Of a stretch of 64,000 nucleotides of DNA, positions 16,785-27,023 are shown in pieces (the stretch's first letter is position 1; each line of letters begins with the position of its first letter). Source of the stretch: Candidatus Azobacteroides sp. (GTDB taxonomy: Bacteria > Bacteroidota > Bacteroidia > Bacteroidales > WRGA01); the NCBI GenBank assembly GCA_021201815.1, contig JAJQEC010000093.1, positions 15,989-79,988 of the forward strand, given 5' to 3'. The translations under genes were made by a program, and so were the position numbers. The notes beneath the pieces were generated by a model. It had not been told where the DNA came from, searched no databases, and saw only the letters and a list, made by a program, of their open reading frames with translations.

Positions 16785-18128
16785 ATGGTAGAAAAACAAT
16801 ATACGGATTTGTTTGAACAGTACCGGGAAGTGATTGATGAACATGCAGCACCGGTATTAAATACCCTTCGGGATAAAGCATTCAACGATTTCAGGCAGTT
16901 AGGATTTCCGACTACAAAATTGGAAGATTATAAATATACGGATATCCGCCAGGCGTTTGAACCGGATTACGGGCTTAATATAAAACGGCTGGACATTCCG
17001 GTAAATCCTTATCAGGCTTTCCAGTGCGATGTGCCGAATATGTCGACGCACCTTTATTTTTTGTCGAATGACAGTTTCTATGATAAGGAACTTCCGGAAG
17101 CGGGATTGCCGGAAGGGGTGTTGTTAGGTAGCCTGAAAGAATATGCCAACATGCATCCGGAACTTGTCGGTAAATATTACGGAAAACTGGCGGATACCTC
17201 AAAAGATGGCACGGTTGCTTTTAATACGGCTTTTGTGCAGGATGGTTTCTTTTTATACGTGCCTAAGGGTGTGGTATGGCAACATCCTATCCAGCTTATT
17301 AATTTATTCCGGTCGGATGTGGATTACCTGGCAAACCGTCGCATGCTGATTGTTCTGGAAGATAATACGCAGACCAAACTTCTGATTTGTGAGCATGCGA
17401 TGGACGACCGCCGCTTTCTGGCGACACAGGTCGTGGAAGTTTTTGTGGGTGAGAACGCGGTATTCGACCTGTATGAACTGGAGGCGAATCATGAAAAAAC
17501 ATCCCGGGTAAGCTCTTTATTTGTTTCCCAGCAAAAGAATTCCAATGTATTGATCAATGGAATTACGTTAAACAGCGGCCTGACCCGGAATAACTATTTT
17601 ATTTCGCTGCAGGGCAGGCATGCGGAAACGCATTTATACGGAATGGCTATTGCCGATGAATCCCAGAAGGTAGATAATTTTTCTTCTGTAGATCATGCGG
17701 TACCCGATTGTACCAGTAATGAGTTGTTTAAATATGTCCTGGATGGAAATGCCGTAGGTGCTTTCTGTGGGAAAATAGAAGTGCGGAAAGATGCACAGAA
17801 GACGCAGGCTTATCAGTCGAATAAAAATATTTGCCTGACCCGTCATGCCCGTATGTATACGAAACCTCAGCTTGAAATTTACGCGGATGATGTGAAATGC
17901 AGTCATGGAGCTACTGTCGGCCAGTTGAATGAAGAAGCCCTGTTTTATCTGCGTGCAAGAGGAATACCGGAAAAAGAAGCCCGTACATTATTAATGTTTG
18001 CCTTTGTAGCGGATGTGATAGGGAATGTGCGTCTGGATGGCTTACAGGAAAGACTGACCTCTCTGGTAGATAAGCGGTTGCGTGGAGAGATCGGTAAGTG
18101 CAGAGGGTGTGCCAGCGTCCGCAACTAA
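16785..18128 (+). CDS. sufD: Fe-S cluster assembly protein SufD
   Basis: 447-aa ORF with length and sequence character typical of SufD (…YKYTDIRQAF…, C-terminal …ADDVKCSHGATVGQLNEEALFYLRARGI…). Confidence 0.85.
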   Translation: MVEKQYTDLFEQYREVIDEHAAPVLNTLRDKAFNDFRQLGFPTTKLEDYKYTDIRQAFEPDYGLNIKRLDIPVNPYQAFQCDVPNMSTHLYFLSNDSFYDKELPEAGLPEGVLLGSLKEYANMHPELVGKYYGKLADTSKDGTVAFNTAFVQDGFFLYVPKGVVWQHPIQLINLFRSDVDYLANRRMLIVLEDNTQTKLLICEHAMDDRRFLATQVVEVFVGENAVFDLYELEANHEKTSRVSSLFVSQQKNSNVLINGITLNSGLTRNNYFISLQGRHAETHLYGMAIADESQKVDNFSSVDHAVPDCTSNELFKYVLDGNAVGAFCGKIEVRKDAQKTQAYQSNKNICLTRHARMYTKPQLEIYADDVKCSHGATVGQLNEEALFYLRARGIPEKEARTLLMFAFVADVIGNVRLDGLQERLTSLVDKRLRGEIGKCRGCASVRN

Positions 18129-18185
18129 TTAATTAATTTTTTTAAATAAATAGGGAAACGGTTTCTTATTATCTTTTACATTCTT

Positions 18186-18193
18186 TATATTTG
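18186..18193 (+). promoter_or_regulatory. -7 promoter box TATATTTG upstream of the XRE/cupin regulator
   Basis: TAnnTTTG match about 95 nt upstream of the ATG at 18288. Confidence 0.35.
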
Positions 18194-18287
18194 CAATGGT
18201 TTTATTGTTCTGTAATTGATTTACATAGAATGAATTTATCACATCCGATGACTGGGAAATTCTTACTTATTCGCAAATACTTATACT

Positions 18288-18842
18288 ATGAACGAACAAA
18301 TTAAACAAATAGCAAACCGGCTGAAAGGGCTGAGAGAGTCTTTGGACCTTTCCCAGGAAGAAATGGCTACCCGTTGCGGAAAGACAACGAATGAGATCGA
18401 TTTGTACGAATCGGGAATGATCGATATCCCGCTGAGTTTCTTATTTGATGTCGCTCAGAATTTTCATATCGAAACTTCCACGCTGATTTCCGGAGATGAA
18501 CCGAGAATGAATTCTTATTATGTGACCCGGAAAGGAAAAGGAGTTTCTATTGAAAGAACGAAGGCGTACAAATACCAGACACTGGCAAGCGGGTTTAAAA
18601 ATCCGAAGGTGGAGCCTTATGAGGTTACCGTAGAGCCGAATGACAATGCTATTTATATGAATATGCATACCGGTCAGGAACTTAATCTGGTGTTGGAAGG
18701 GAAATTACAGTTCCGGATTAATGATAAAGACTTAATTCTGGAAGAAGGTGATTGTGTATACTTTGATTCCAGTTTTCCTCATGGAATGAAGGCACTCGGC
18801 GGGAAAAAAGTAAGGTTTCTGGCTGTCGTTGTCCCTCAATAA
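18288..18842 (+). CDS. XRE-family helix-turn-helix transcriptional regulator with C-terminal cupin domain
   Basis: 184-aa ORF. N-terminal HTH (IANRLKGLRESLDLSQEEMATRCGKTTNEIDLYESG). C-terminal cupin-like GDCVYFDSSFPHGMKALG. Confidence 0.8.
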   Translation: MNEQIKQIANRLKGLRESLDLSQEEMATRCGKTTNEIDLYESGMIDIPLSFLFDVAQNFHIETSTLISGDEPRMNSYYVTRKGKGVSIERTKAYKYQTLASGFKNPKVEPYEVTVEPNDNAIYMNMHTGQELNLVLEGKLQFRINDKDLILEEGDCVYFDSSFPHGMKALGGKKVRFLAVVVPQ

Positions 18843-18898
18843 GTGTGTATTTAATTAATCAAGTATCTGTAAAATTCTTAATCTGACCACAAAATTAT

Positions 18899-20557
18899 AT
18901 GATCGAGCGATATTTAAAGAAAACCCGGTTTGAGAGCCAGACGGATTTCGAAACCAATTATCAGGTAATGGTTCCTGAGAATTTCAACTTTGCTTATGAT
19001 GTAGTAGATGAATGGGCAAAAACAAATCCCGATAAAAGAGCCCTTTGCTGGGTAAATGACAAAGGAAAGCATATTGATTTTACATTCGGAGAGTTAAAAA
19101 CATATAGTGACCGGGCTGCCTCTTATTTCCAATCGTTAGGGATCGGTCGCGGGGATAAGGTAATGCTTATCCTAAAAAGAAGATATGAATTCTGGTTTTC
19201 TATTTTGGCATTGCATAAAATAGGAGCAATCGCCATTCCGGCAACGCATTTATTGACCAAAAAAGATATTATTTACCGAAATAATGCCGCTACTATCAAA
19301 GCGATTATTGCGGTAGGGGATGAGCTGGTAACAAGTCATGTGGACGAAGCAATGGACGATTCTCCTTCTATGGAAGTACGGATATCCATCGGTCCGGTTA
19401 TTCCCGAAGGATGGAGTGATTTTCATAAAGGGCTGGAAAATGCGGCTCCTTTTGTACGACCTGCAAATGCAAGTGCGAATGAAGATATTTCTTTATTGTA
19501 CTTTACTTCAGGCACTACCGGAAATCCGAAAATGGTAGTTCATGACTTTACTTATCCGCTGGGACACATTACTACTGCTTCTTACTGGCATAACCTGAAG
19601 GAGGACAGCCTGCATCTTACGATTGCCGATACCGGTTGGGCAAAGGCCGTATGGGGAAAGATCTATGGTCAGTGGCTGGCCGGGGCAACTGTTTTTGTAT
19701 ATGACCACGAAAAGTTCACGCCTGCGGATATGCTGCAGATGATTCAGGATTATAAGATCACTTTCCTGTGTGCGCCACCGACGATTTTCCGTCTCCTTAT
19801 TTGTGAGGATATGACCAAATATGATCTTTCTTCTCTGGAATACTGTACGATTGCAGGAGAAGCCCTGAACCCGGCTGTGTATGAAACATTCCGGGAGCTG
19901 ACAGGGATTAAGCTGAAAGAAGGTTTCGGACAAACGGAAACAACCTTATTGGTGTTTACAACCCCATGGATGGAGCCCAAACCCGGTTCTATGGGACTTC
20001 CGAATCCTCAGTTCGATGTGGATCTGATTACACCTGACGAGAGAAGTGCGGAAGAAGGAGAACAGGGGGAAATTGTAGTCCGTACGGATAAAGGTTATCC
20101 GGTAGGAATGTTCAAAGGATATTACCGGGATGAGGAACTGACAGAAAATGTATATAACAACCATATTTATCATACCGGAGATATTGCCTGGAGGGATGAA
20201 GATGGCTATTACTGGTTTGTAGGACGGAATGATGATGTAATCAAGAGTTCCGGTTACCGGATCGGCCCGTTTGAAGTGGAAAGTGCGCTGATGACTCATG
20301 ATGCGGTTGTGGAATGTGCCATTACCGGAGTGCCGGATGAAATTCGCGGACAGGTGATCAAAGCGACTATTATCCTGTCGAAAGAGTATAAAGAAAAAGC
20401 GGGAGATGCGCTTGTGAAAGAATTACAGGATCATGTGAAAAATGTAACTGCTCCCTATAAATATCCGCGTATTATCGAATTTGTGGATGAATTGCCTAAA
20501 ACAATCAGTGGAAAGATCCGCCGGGTAGAGATACGGGAGAACGATACGGAAAAATAA
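18899..20557 (+). CDS. AMP-dependent acyl-CoA synthetase/ligase (medium-chain type)
   Basis: 552-aa ORF with the AMP-binding signature LYFTSGTTGNPKMV and C-terminal ...ISGKIRR. Confidence 0.85.
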   Translation: MIERYLKKTRFESQTDFETNYQVMVPENFNFAYDVVDEWAKTNPDKRALCWVNDKGKHIDFTFGELKTYSDRAASYFQSLGIGRGDKVMLILKRRYEFWFSILALHKIGAIAIPATHLLTKKDIIYRNNAATIKAIIAVGDELVTSHVDEAMDDSPSMEVRISIGPVIPEGWSDFHKGLENAAPFVRPANASANEDISLLYFTSGTTGNPKMVVHDFTYPLGHITTASYWHNLKEDSLHLTIADTGWAKAVWGKIYGQWLAGATVFVYDHEKFTPADMLQMIQDYKITFLCAPPTIFRLLICEDMTKYDLSSLEYCTIAGEALNPAVYETFRELTGIKLKEGFGQTETTLLVFTTPWMEPKPGSMGLPNPQFDVDLITPDERSAEEGEQGEIVVRTDKGYPVGMFKGYYRDEELTENVYNNHIYHTGDIAWRDEDGYYWFVGRNDDVIKSSGYRIGPFEVESALMTHDAVVECAITGVPDEIRGQVIKATIILSKEYKEKAGDALVKELQDHVKNVTAPYKYPRIIEFVDELPKTISGKIRRVEIRENDTEK

Positions 20558-20726
20558 TTAGTTGTTAATTTCATTTAAATAGCACAGATTGATGAAGTTT
20601 TGCGTTTTTTTTAGCTTTAGATAGTTGTTTATTCTGAATATAGACAAAAGAGAATGATGTATGAAAGTAAGGGAAAAGCACTTTCTCTTACTTTATCTTG
20701 TTTATTAATCTGTGAAAATTTTGTAA

Positions 20727-21947
20727 ATGAAAGATTTTATTATAACGAAGGCTTTTACTGAAAAAGCCGTATTGGTAGGGTTAATCACTCCCGAACAAAA
20801 CGAAGCAAAGGCAAAAGAATATTTGGACGAACTTGCATTCCTGGCTGAGACAGCAGGAGCAGACCCGGTAAAATCCTTTTTGCAGAGCCTCCCTTATCCG
20901 AATCCGGTTACTTTTGTAGGAACCGGCAAATTGCAGGAAATAAAAGAGTATGTGATAGAGCATGAAATCGGGTTAGTCCTGATTGATGATGAGTTGTCTC
21001 CGAAGCAATTAAAGAATATGGAAAATGAGTTGCAGGTAAAAATCCTGGACCGGACTTCCCTTATTCTGGATATTTTTGCACAACGGGCTCAAACTGCGCA
21101 TGCCCGTACGCAGGTAGAGTTAGCTCAGTACCAGTATTTATTGCCTCGTCTTACAAGATTATGGACCCACCTTGAAAGGCAACGAGGGGGAGTAGGGATG
21201 AGAGGGCCCGGTGAAACCCAGCTGGAGACAGACCGGCGTATTATTCTGGATAAGATTTCCCGTCTGAAGAAAAGGCTGAAGGAGATTGACCAGCAAAAGT
21301 CTACTCAACGTAAGAACCGGGGAAAAATGGTTCGGGTTGCCCTGGTCGGATATACGAATGTCGGAAAGTCTACCTTAATGAATGTATTGAGTAAATCGGA
21401 TGTGTTTGCAGAAAACAAATTATTTGCGACGCTGGATACAACCGTAAGAAAGGTAATTATCCATAACCTTCCTTTTTTGTTATCGGACACAGTAGGATTT
21501 ATCCGTAAATTACCGACTAATCTGATCGAAAGTTTCAAGTCGACACTGGATGAAGTCCGTGAAGCTGACCTGCTGGTTCATGTGGTAGATATCTCCCATC
21601 CTAATTTTGAGGAACAGATTGAAGTGGTGAACAGGACACTTCGTGAGATTGATGGCCGGGATAAGCCTATGATCATAGTCTTTAATAAAATCGATGCGTA
21701 TACCTATGTAAAGAAAGAAGAAGATGATCTGACACCCCGTACGAAGGAAAATATCGATCTGGAGGAACTGAAACGTACCTGGATGAATAAGTTACATGAT
21801 AATTGTATTTTTATTTCCGCAAAGAATAAGAGTAATATAGAGGAATTAAAAACGTTATTGTATGAAAAAGTAAAAGAAATTCATATTACCCGTTTTCCTT
21901 ACAATGATTTCCTTTTTCAGGAATATGATGACCAGGAAACGGAGTGA
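20727..21947 (+). CDS. hflX: GTPase HflX
   Basis: 406-aa ORF with the HflX N-terminal domain and G-domain motifs GYTNVGKST, DTVGF, NKID. Stop codon TGA. Confidence 0.9.
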   Translation: MKDFIITKAFTEKAVLVGLITPEQNEAKAKEYLDELAFLAETAGADPVKSFLQSLPYPNPVTFVGTGKLQEIKEYVIEHEIGLVLIDDELSPKQLKNMENELQVKILDRTSLILDIFAQRAQTAHARTQVELAQYQYLLPRLTRLWTHLERQRGGVGMRGPGETQLETDRRIILDKISRLKKRLKEIDQQKSTQRKNRGKMVRVALVGYTNVGKSTLMNVLSKSDVFAENKLFATLDTTVRKVIIHNLPFLLSDTVGFIRKLPTNLIESFKSTLDEVREADLLVHVVDISHPNFEEQIEVVNRTLREIDGRDKPMIIVFNKIDAYTYVKKEEDDLTPRTKENIDLEELKRTWMNKLHDNCIFISAKNKSNIEELKTLLYEKVKEIHITRFPYNDFLFQEYDDQETE

Positions 21948-21963
21948 ACGTAAAAATATAACA

Positions 21964-21996
21964 GGGAGAGAAAACCATGCCTTTTCTCTCTTTATT
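21964..21996 (+). terminator. Rho-independent terminator after hflX
   Basis: gagagaaaa / ttttctctc stem followed by tttattctctt. Confidence 0.5.
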
Positions 21997-22085
21997 CTCT
22001 TACATAAAATAAAAACGGAATGTTTTTCATCTGAAAAAGTAGTCCGGACTGAATTTTTGAACCGATTATAATAACCAATCAGACA

Positions 22086-23138
22086 ATGAAGAAACAACAG
22101 ATTGTTGTTAGTAAAGACCTGGAAGCTGCATTAAATGAAGCACTGGCAACATGTGATTATGATAAGCTTTTTATTTTAACGGATGAGGTAACGGTTCTTT
22201 TGTGTTATCCGTTAATAGAAAAAGTGGCTTCTGAAAAGAAGGCAGAGGTCATTACGATTGCTTCCGGAGATATTCATAAAGATATCATATCTGCTACTCA
22301 GATATGGAAATACCTGAGTGCACATGGGGCTACCCGAAAATCACTTCTGGTTAATCTCGGAGGAGGAATGGTGACGGATATGGGTGGATTTATAGCATCC
22401 ACATTTAAAAGAGGGCTGCCATATATGAATATTCCCACTACGTTACTGGGTGCCGTAGATGCCGCGGTAGGCGGAAAAACAGGTATTAACTTCAATGGTC
22501 TGAAAAATGAGGTAGGAGTATTTAATCCTTCGGAAGTAGTATTGATTGATTCTACCTTTTTTAAGTCTCTGGATGACCGGAACCTGCGTTCCGGTTATGC
22601 GGAAATGCTGAAACATGGTCTGATCAGCAATGAAAAAAACTGGATTGATCTGCTTTCTTTTGATCTGGAGAATGTGGATTACGATAAATTGCAGGATCTA
22701 CTGGTTACTTCCGTGAAAATAAAAGAAGATGTGGTAACGGAGGATCCGTATGAGAAAGGAATTCGTAAAGCTCTTAATTTAGGGCATACGGTGGGGCATG
22801 CATTTGAAAGTTTCTCTTTTGAAAAAGATGAACCTATTCTACATGGATATGCGGTGGCTTACGGGCTTATCTGTGAGTTATACCTGTCTTCTGTAATTAC
22901 CGGCTTTCCTGTGGATAAGCTTCGGCAGACCGTTCGGTTTATCCGGGAACAGTACGGAATATACCCGATAACGTGTAAGGATTATGAGAAGTTGTATGAA
23001 TGGATGAAGCACGATAAAAAGAACGAATCGGGAGTTATAAATTTTACTCTTCTTTCGGATATCGGGCAAATTAAAATTAACCAGACTGCAGATCAGCAAC
23101 TGATTTTTGAAATGCTTGATTTTTATCAGGATAATTAA
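22086..23138 (+). CDS. aroB: 3-dehydroquinate synthase
   Basis: 350-aa ORF with motifs GGGMVTDMGGF and GHTVGHAFE, typical of AroB. Confidence 0.85.
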   Translation: MKKQQIVVSKDLEAALNEALATCDYDKLFILTDEVTVLLCYPLIEKVASEKKAEVITIASGDIHKDIISATQIWKYLSAHGATRKSLLVNLGGGMVTDMGGFIASTFKRGLPYMNIPTTLLGAVDAAVGGKTGINFNGLKNEVGVFNPSEVVLIDSTFFKSLDDRNLRSGYAEMLKHGLISNEKNWIDLLSFDLENVDYDKLQDLLVTSVKIKEDVVTEDPYEKGIRKALNLGHTVGHAFESFSFEKDEPILHGYAVAYGLICELYLSSVITGFPVDKLRQTVRFIREQYGIYPITCKDYEKLYEWMKHDKKNESGVINFTLLSDIGQIKINQTADQQLIFEMLDFYQDN

Positions 23139-23159
23139 TTTCTTAATGGTTTATAAGAG

Positions 23160-24178
23160 ATGAAACTATCTGTTGTTATTATAAATTACAATGTAAAATT
23201 TTACTTTCTGTTTTCGAATCGAAAGTAAATTCTGAGATGGAAGTATTTGTTGTAGATAATAATTCGACAGATGGCTCTCAGGAATATATTACTTCCAGGT
23301 TTCCGTCGGTTATTTATCTCCTGAATAAAGACAATCCGGGATTTGCAACAGCCGCTAATCAGGGAATCCGGAAGTGTCAGGGAGAATATATTCTTTTGCT
23401 GAATCCCGATACCGTTTTAGGAGAAAATGTGCTTGAGAATGTGTGTACTTTTATGGATGCACATCCGGAAGCCGGTGGGGCAGGAGTGAAGATGATTAAT
23501 GGATATGGTGAGTTTCTGCCGGAATCCAAAAGGGGGTTTCCTTCTCCCTGGTCTTTCTTCTGGGAATTTACCGGTATAGCCCGGTTATTTCCTTATTTCG
23601 GAATTTTTAGTACGTATTACCTACGCTACCTGAATGCCAATAAGATTCATGAGGTAAATGCTTTGTCGGGAGCTTTTATGATGATAAGGAGATCAGTGCT
23701 GGATAAAACCGGTTATCTGGATGAATCTTTTTTTATGTACGGAGAAGCGCTGGATCTTTCTTGCCGGATTACCAAGGCCGGGTTTAAGAATTATTACCTT
23801 CCTGAACGGATTATTCATTATAAAGGACAAAGTACCGGACTGATAGGGCTGGAAAATGAAAAAATCCTTTCTGAATCTATGAATCTCTTTTTTGAGAAAT
23901 ATAATCCGTCTCAAAAAAAGCTTTTTTCTTATTTCATGTCGGTAGCCATTCGTTTCCGGAAAATTGCTACAGCAGTTAAAAGAATCACCAATATCCGGAA
24001 TCGCAAAGAAATTGACGATACGACGTTGATGGAGTACGGAATGTTTACTTACGAAGAGATGATCCAGCAGATGGACGAATCGGAATTTACCGCTCAATAC
24101 CTGATTTACTCTCCCCGCTCGGGTATGATCGTCGGTTCCCGGAGTGTAGAGAAATGCAGAGAACCTGATGGTAAATAA
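23160..24178 (+). pseudogene. Family-2 glycosyltransferase with disrupted 5' end (track ORF 23237..24178 lacks the conserved N-terminus)
   Basis: ATG at 23160 encodes MKLSVVIINYNVK, the canonical GT2 start, then hits a stop after FYFLFSNRK. The main ORF frame upstream of 23237 reads ...KILLSVFESKVNSEMEVFVVDNNSTDGS. The two parts are in different frames (23160 vs 23237). Confidence 0.65.
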
Positions 24179-24186
24179 CCTGAAGG

Positions 24187-24453
24187 CCGTGGGCTGAGGC
24201 TTCACGGCTAATGATATGGCGCCACTCCGTGGCTTGTTGGGAAGATAGCTATACACATAATAATATATTTCCACATTATCTTATTATCACATTGGCACAT
24301 TAGAAAATCTCCTTTTATAAAATCTATTTCCATAAGGGAAACAGTTGCACAAAATGCTCGAATTAGAAGGAAGACAACCTTAAAAATTAATGGCATTGCC
24401 CTCAAAGCCGCATAGCGGTGATATATTATTAGCCGTGCTGCCTCAGCCCACGG
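24187..24453. mobile_element. MITE-like element copy 2 (267 bp), inverted relative to copy 1, with extra internal sequence
   Basis: Tips CCGTGGGCTGAGGC / GCCTCAGCCCACGG. Its left arm matches the reverse complement of the copy-1 right arm and vice versa. Internal tatttccacattatcttatt...cacattggcacatt matches the reverse complement of the copy-1 interior. Confidence 0.7.
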
Positions 24454-24455
24454 TT

Positions 24456-25004
24456 CTATTTGTAATATTTCTCTAAAAGATATTTGAAATTAACATTAAA
24501 AGAAATCATAATATAATTAGAGCCCTCCAAATCATTATTTCTCAATTCAAAGGTTAGGTTTTTAAGCTTTGCTTCAAATAAAGATATTTCCTGAGGAGTT
24601 ATCATTGTTGTCTCTGAAAGGAAAAAAGTAACTTCTTTAATTTCCCCTTTATCAGACATATAAGCAAGAAGTAAAACGGTTTCTTTCCCACTTAATTCTT
24701 CGGCTCTTTTTTTTGACCATACTTTTGTTGCAAGAATTGAAACTTGCCTATTATAGTGGAATGGCATAGCTAAGGCAATAGCATCTCCTTTTTCTTCTTT
24801 TAATTTTTCAGAAGGCTTGTATTCTTCCAAGTAAAGTTTATTTTTTTTATTTCTTATCTCTAACCAATTTGACCCTTCGGATTTGTTTATCTCATACTTC
24901 GATGTATTTTTCCATTGTTCTTCAAGTATTCTTGTCCCATTTTGCGGATAAATAACAAAACAATGAAGAAAAAGTATAAGACAAAAAATGACTGTTTTTT
25001 TCAT
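24456..25004 (-). CDS. Exported ~180-aa protein, paralog family member 1 (immunity-like / TonB_C-like fold suspected)
   Basis: 182-aa ORF with signal peptide MKKTVIFCLILFLHCFVIYPQ. The 3' 396 bp is identical to 27080..27475. Stop TAG abuts the MITE-like element. Confidence 0.75.
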   Translation of the reverse strand: MKKTVIFCLILFLHCFVIYPQNGTRILEEQWKNTSKYEINKSEGSNWLEIRNKKNKLYLEEYKPSEKLKEEKGDAIALAMPFHYNRQVSILATKVWSKKRAEELSGKETVLLLAYMSDKGEIKEVTFFLSETTMITPQEISLFEAKLKNLTFELRNNDLEGSNYIMISFNVNFKYLLEKYYK

Positions 25005-25093
25005 TATAATTTATTATTTATTCATGGTAAATAGTCAGGAGGTTAAAAAACAGCGTCAGCCTTTCTTAGCTACCACGCTGTTTTTTAGTTAAA

Positions 25094-25624
25094 TTATTGA
25101 ATTAGTTTAGAAAAAGAAATCCGGTATAAAAGAGGGGTATATCCAGCCCCTTCCAAATTGTTATACTGCAATTCTATATTTGCGTTTTTTAATTTTTTTT
25201 CTAGTAAAGTTATTTCTTTAAGAGTGATTTTCGTTTCCTGATTTAGGAAAAATATCATTTCTTCAAATTTTCCGGTTTCGGATATATAAATAATAACGCT
25301 CAAATTTTCTCCTTTTAATTCATTTATACGTTCTATGCTCCAAACTTCTTTAGCAAAATTATTTAAATTAAAGAATCGTGGAAGAGCACCGGACACTAAG
25401 GTATTATAATATTCTTTTTCTGTCGGAGATAAATTAGATTTTTGTAAATGAAGATGATTAGTCTTATTATATAATTGAAACTGATTATATCTTAAATTCT
25501 CTGGTATAGAAATTTCATATTCACTATCTTCACTGTTGTACCATTGTTTATATTTATCATATTTTTCCTAAGATGTTGCTGGAATAAAATTAAGTAAAAG
25601 GAATAAAATAATATTTTTTTTCAT
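25094..25624 (-). pseudogene. Paralog family member 2, interrupted by an in-frame TAG at 25570..25568
   Basis: ATG at 25624..25622. Hand translation MKKNIILFLLLNFIPATS*EKYDKYKQWYNSEDSEYE... continues in the same frame into track ORF 25094..25396. Paralogs have Q or K at the stop position (SQKDFGKYGQW, AKKIFGKYDQW). Confidence 0.75.
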
Positions 25625-25653
25625 ATGTTATTTATATAATATTTTTTTGTAAA

Positions 25654-26035
25654 TTACTTGAAATTTATTATGCCATTTGGCTTTAAATTATAATCAATAG
25701 GGAAATTGTAAGTAGGACTTGTCTTTATAAAAATTTTAGTAATATCCTTGTGGGTATCTTTTCCATCCATATCTGGATATCTTTCTTCCTTATCCTTTTT
25801 TATGATCTCATTACTCAGATCGTCTTACTCCCTATCGTTCCCATTTTAGGATTTGATTCATACTATTCCTCTGCGGATTCTGATCCGTCTCCTACCATCA
25901 TTCCTTAACCTTCTGATTCTTAGTAATTTTAATCTTCTTTATAGTTGGATTATTTATGCGCATAGCCTGTTCGATACCAAAAAAAGGTATTAAAATAAAT
26001 AGATTCTGATTACTTTATTTTTTTATAGAACCCAT
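25654..26035 (-). pseudogene. Heavily decayed, internally deleted copy of the 302-aa gene (28233..29141)
   Basis: 5' end atgggttctataaaaaaataaagtaatcagaatctatttatttta parallels atggaaaag...aaaaataaagtaaccagaatctgtttacttttaata. The 3' end translates ...TSPTYNFPIDYNLKPNGIINFK*, matching ...ERPEYNYPIDYTLRPEALLKLLNK*. Multiple stops and frame changes in between. Confidence 0.65.
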
Positions 26036-26154
26036 GGGAAAGATATTAGCAATTTATATTTATTATATTAAACCTATTAAATATAATAAAGGCTACCTTA
26101 TTTTCAGTAGTCTTTAAAAACTAAAAACACAGGTTTTTATTGTTTTTCAGATAA

Positions 26155-26688
26155 CTATTCTTTTAATAGGAAAGCAAAATTAACAGGGAAAGGTATCAAA
26201 ATATAATTTGAGCCTTTTAGCTCTGTAGTTCTTAATTCTACTTGTGTATTTATGATTTTATTTTCGAATAAAGAAATTTCATCTGGTGTAATAGAAGTAT
26301 CAATAGGTAAATAGAAAATTATTTCTTCAAATTTCCCATTATCCAGCATATAAACATATGTCAGTATACTCTCTTTTCCATTAAGCTCATATGCCCGTTG
26401 CTTTGACCAAACTTCTTTTACGATATCCCGTAAATTGTAATTTTCCGGAAGTGCTTTTGAGATAGTAATCTGAGGGTTTTCTTCTAACTTTTTAGAAGGC
26501 TTGTATTCTTCTAAATAAAGTTTATTTGATTTATTTGTTACTGTGAAACGTTTCAAATCCGGTTTTTCATTAAGGATATATTGAGTCGTGTCAGAGCTTA
26601 CCCATTGACCATATTTACCGAAATCCTTTTGGCTGAATAATGATAATTGACTAAGAATTAGAAAAAGAACAACTATTTTTTTTCTCAT
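26155..26688 (-). CDS. Exported ~180-aa protein, paralog family member 3
   Basis: 177-aa ORF with signal peptide MRKKIVVLFLILSQLSLFSQ and shared motifs YLEEYKPSKKLEE...GSNYILIPFPVNF. Stop TAG. Confidence 0.75.
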   Translation of the reverse strand: MRKKIVVLFLILSQLSLFSQKDFGKYGQWVSSDTTQYILNEKPDLKRFTVTNKSNKLYLEEYKPSKKLEENPQITISKALPENYNLRDIVKEVWSKQRAYELNGKESILTYVYMLDNGKFEEIIFYLPIDTSITPDEISLFENKIINTQVELRTTELKGSNYILIPFPVNFAFLLKE

Positions 26689-26695
26689 AACATAT

Positions 26696-27012
26696 TTATT
26701 TAAAATTTAAAATTGCATCTGGCCTTAAATCATAATCTATCGGATAATCATATGCTGGATTATTTTTTGTAAACATTTCCAAAAAATAATAATATTCTTC
26801 CTTCATAGATTCCCATGTAGGATATTCATTTGATCCATTTGTAATATCTTCTAACCAATTAAAATACCTTTCATTATCGGATAAGTTTCCGGATATAGCC
26901 CAACAACAAGGGTAATCATTTAAAGCAGTATTGATAATATCATAAAATAACTTAGCTTCAAATTCAATATTAGAATGTCCTTTACCATCATATTTATCAT
27001 TATAATAAGCCT
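26696..27012 (-). pseudogene. Start-less remnant encoding only the C-terminal ~105 aa of a 302-aa-gene homolog
   Basis: Hand translation YYNDKYDGKGHSNIEFEAKLFYDIINTALNDYPCCWAISGNLSDNERYFNWLEDITNGSNEYPTWESMKEEYYYFLEMFTKNNPAYDYPIDYDLRPDAILNFK* aligns with the C-terminus of 28233..29141. No start codon; the frame closes at 27056..27058. Confidence 0.7.
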
Positions 27013-27023
27013 TAAAATATGAT

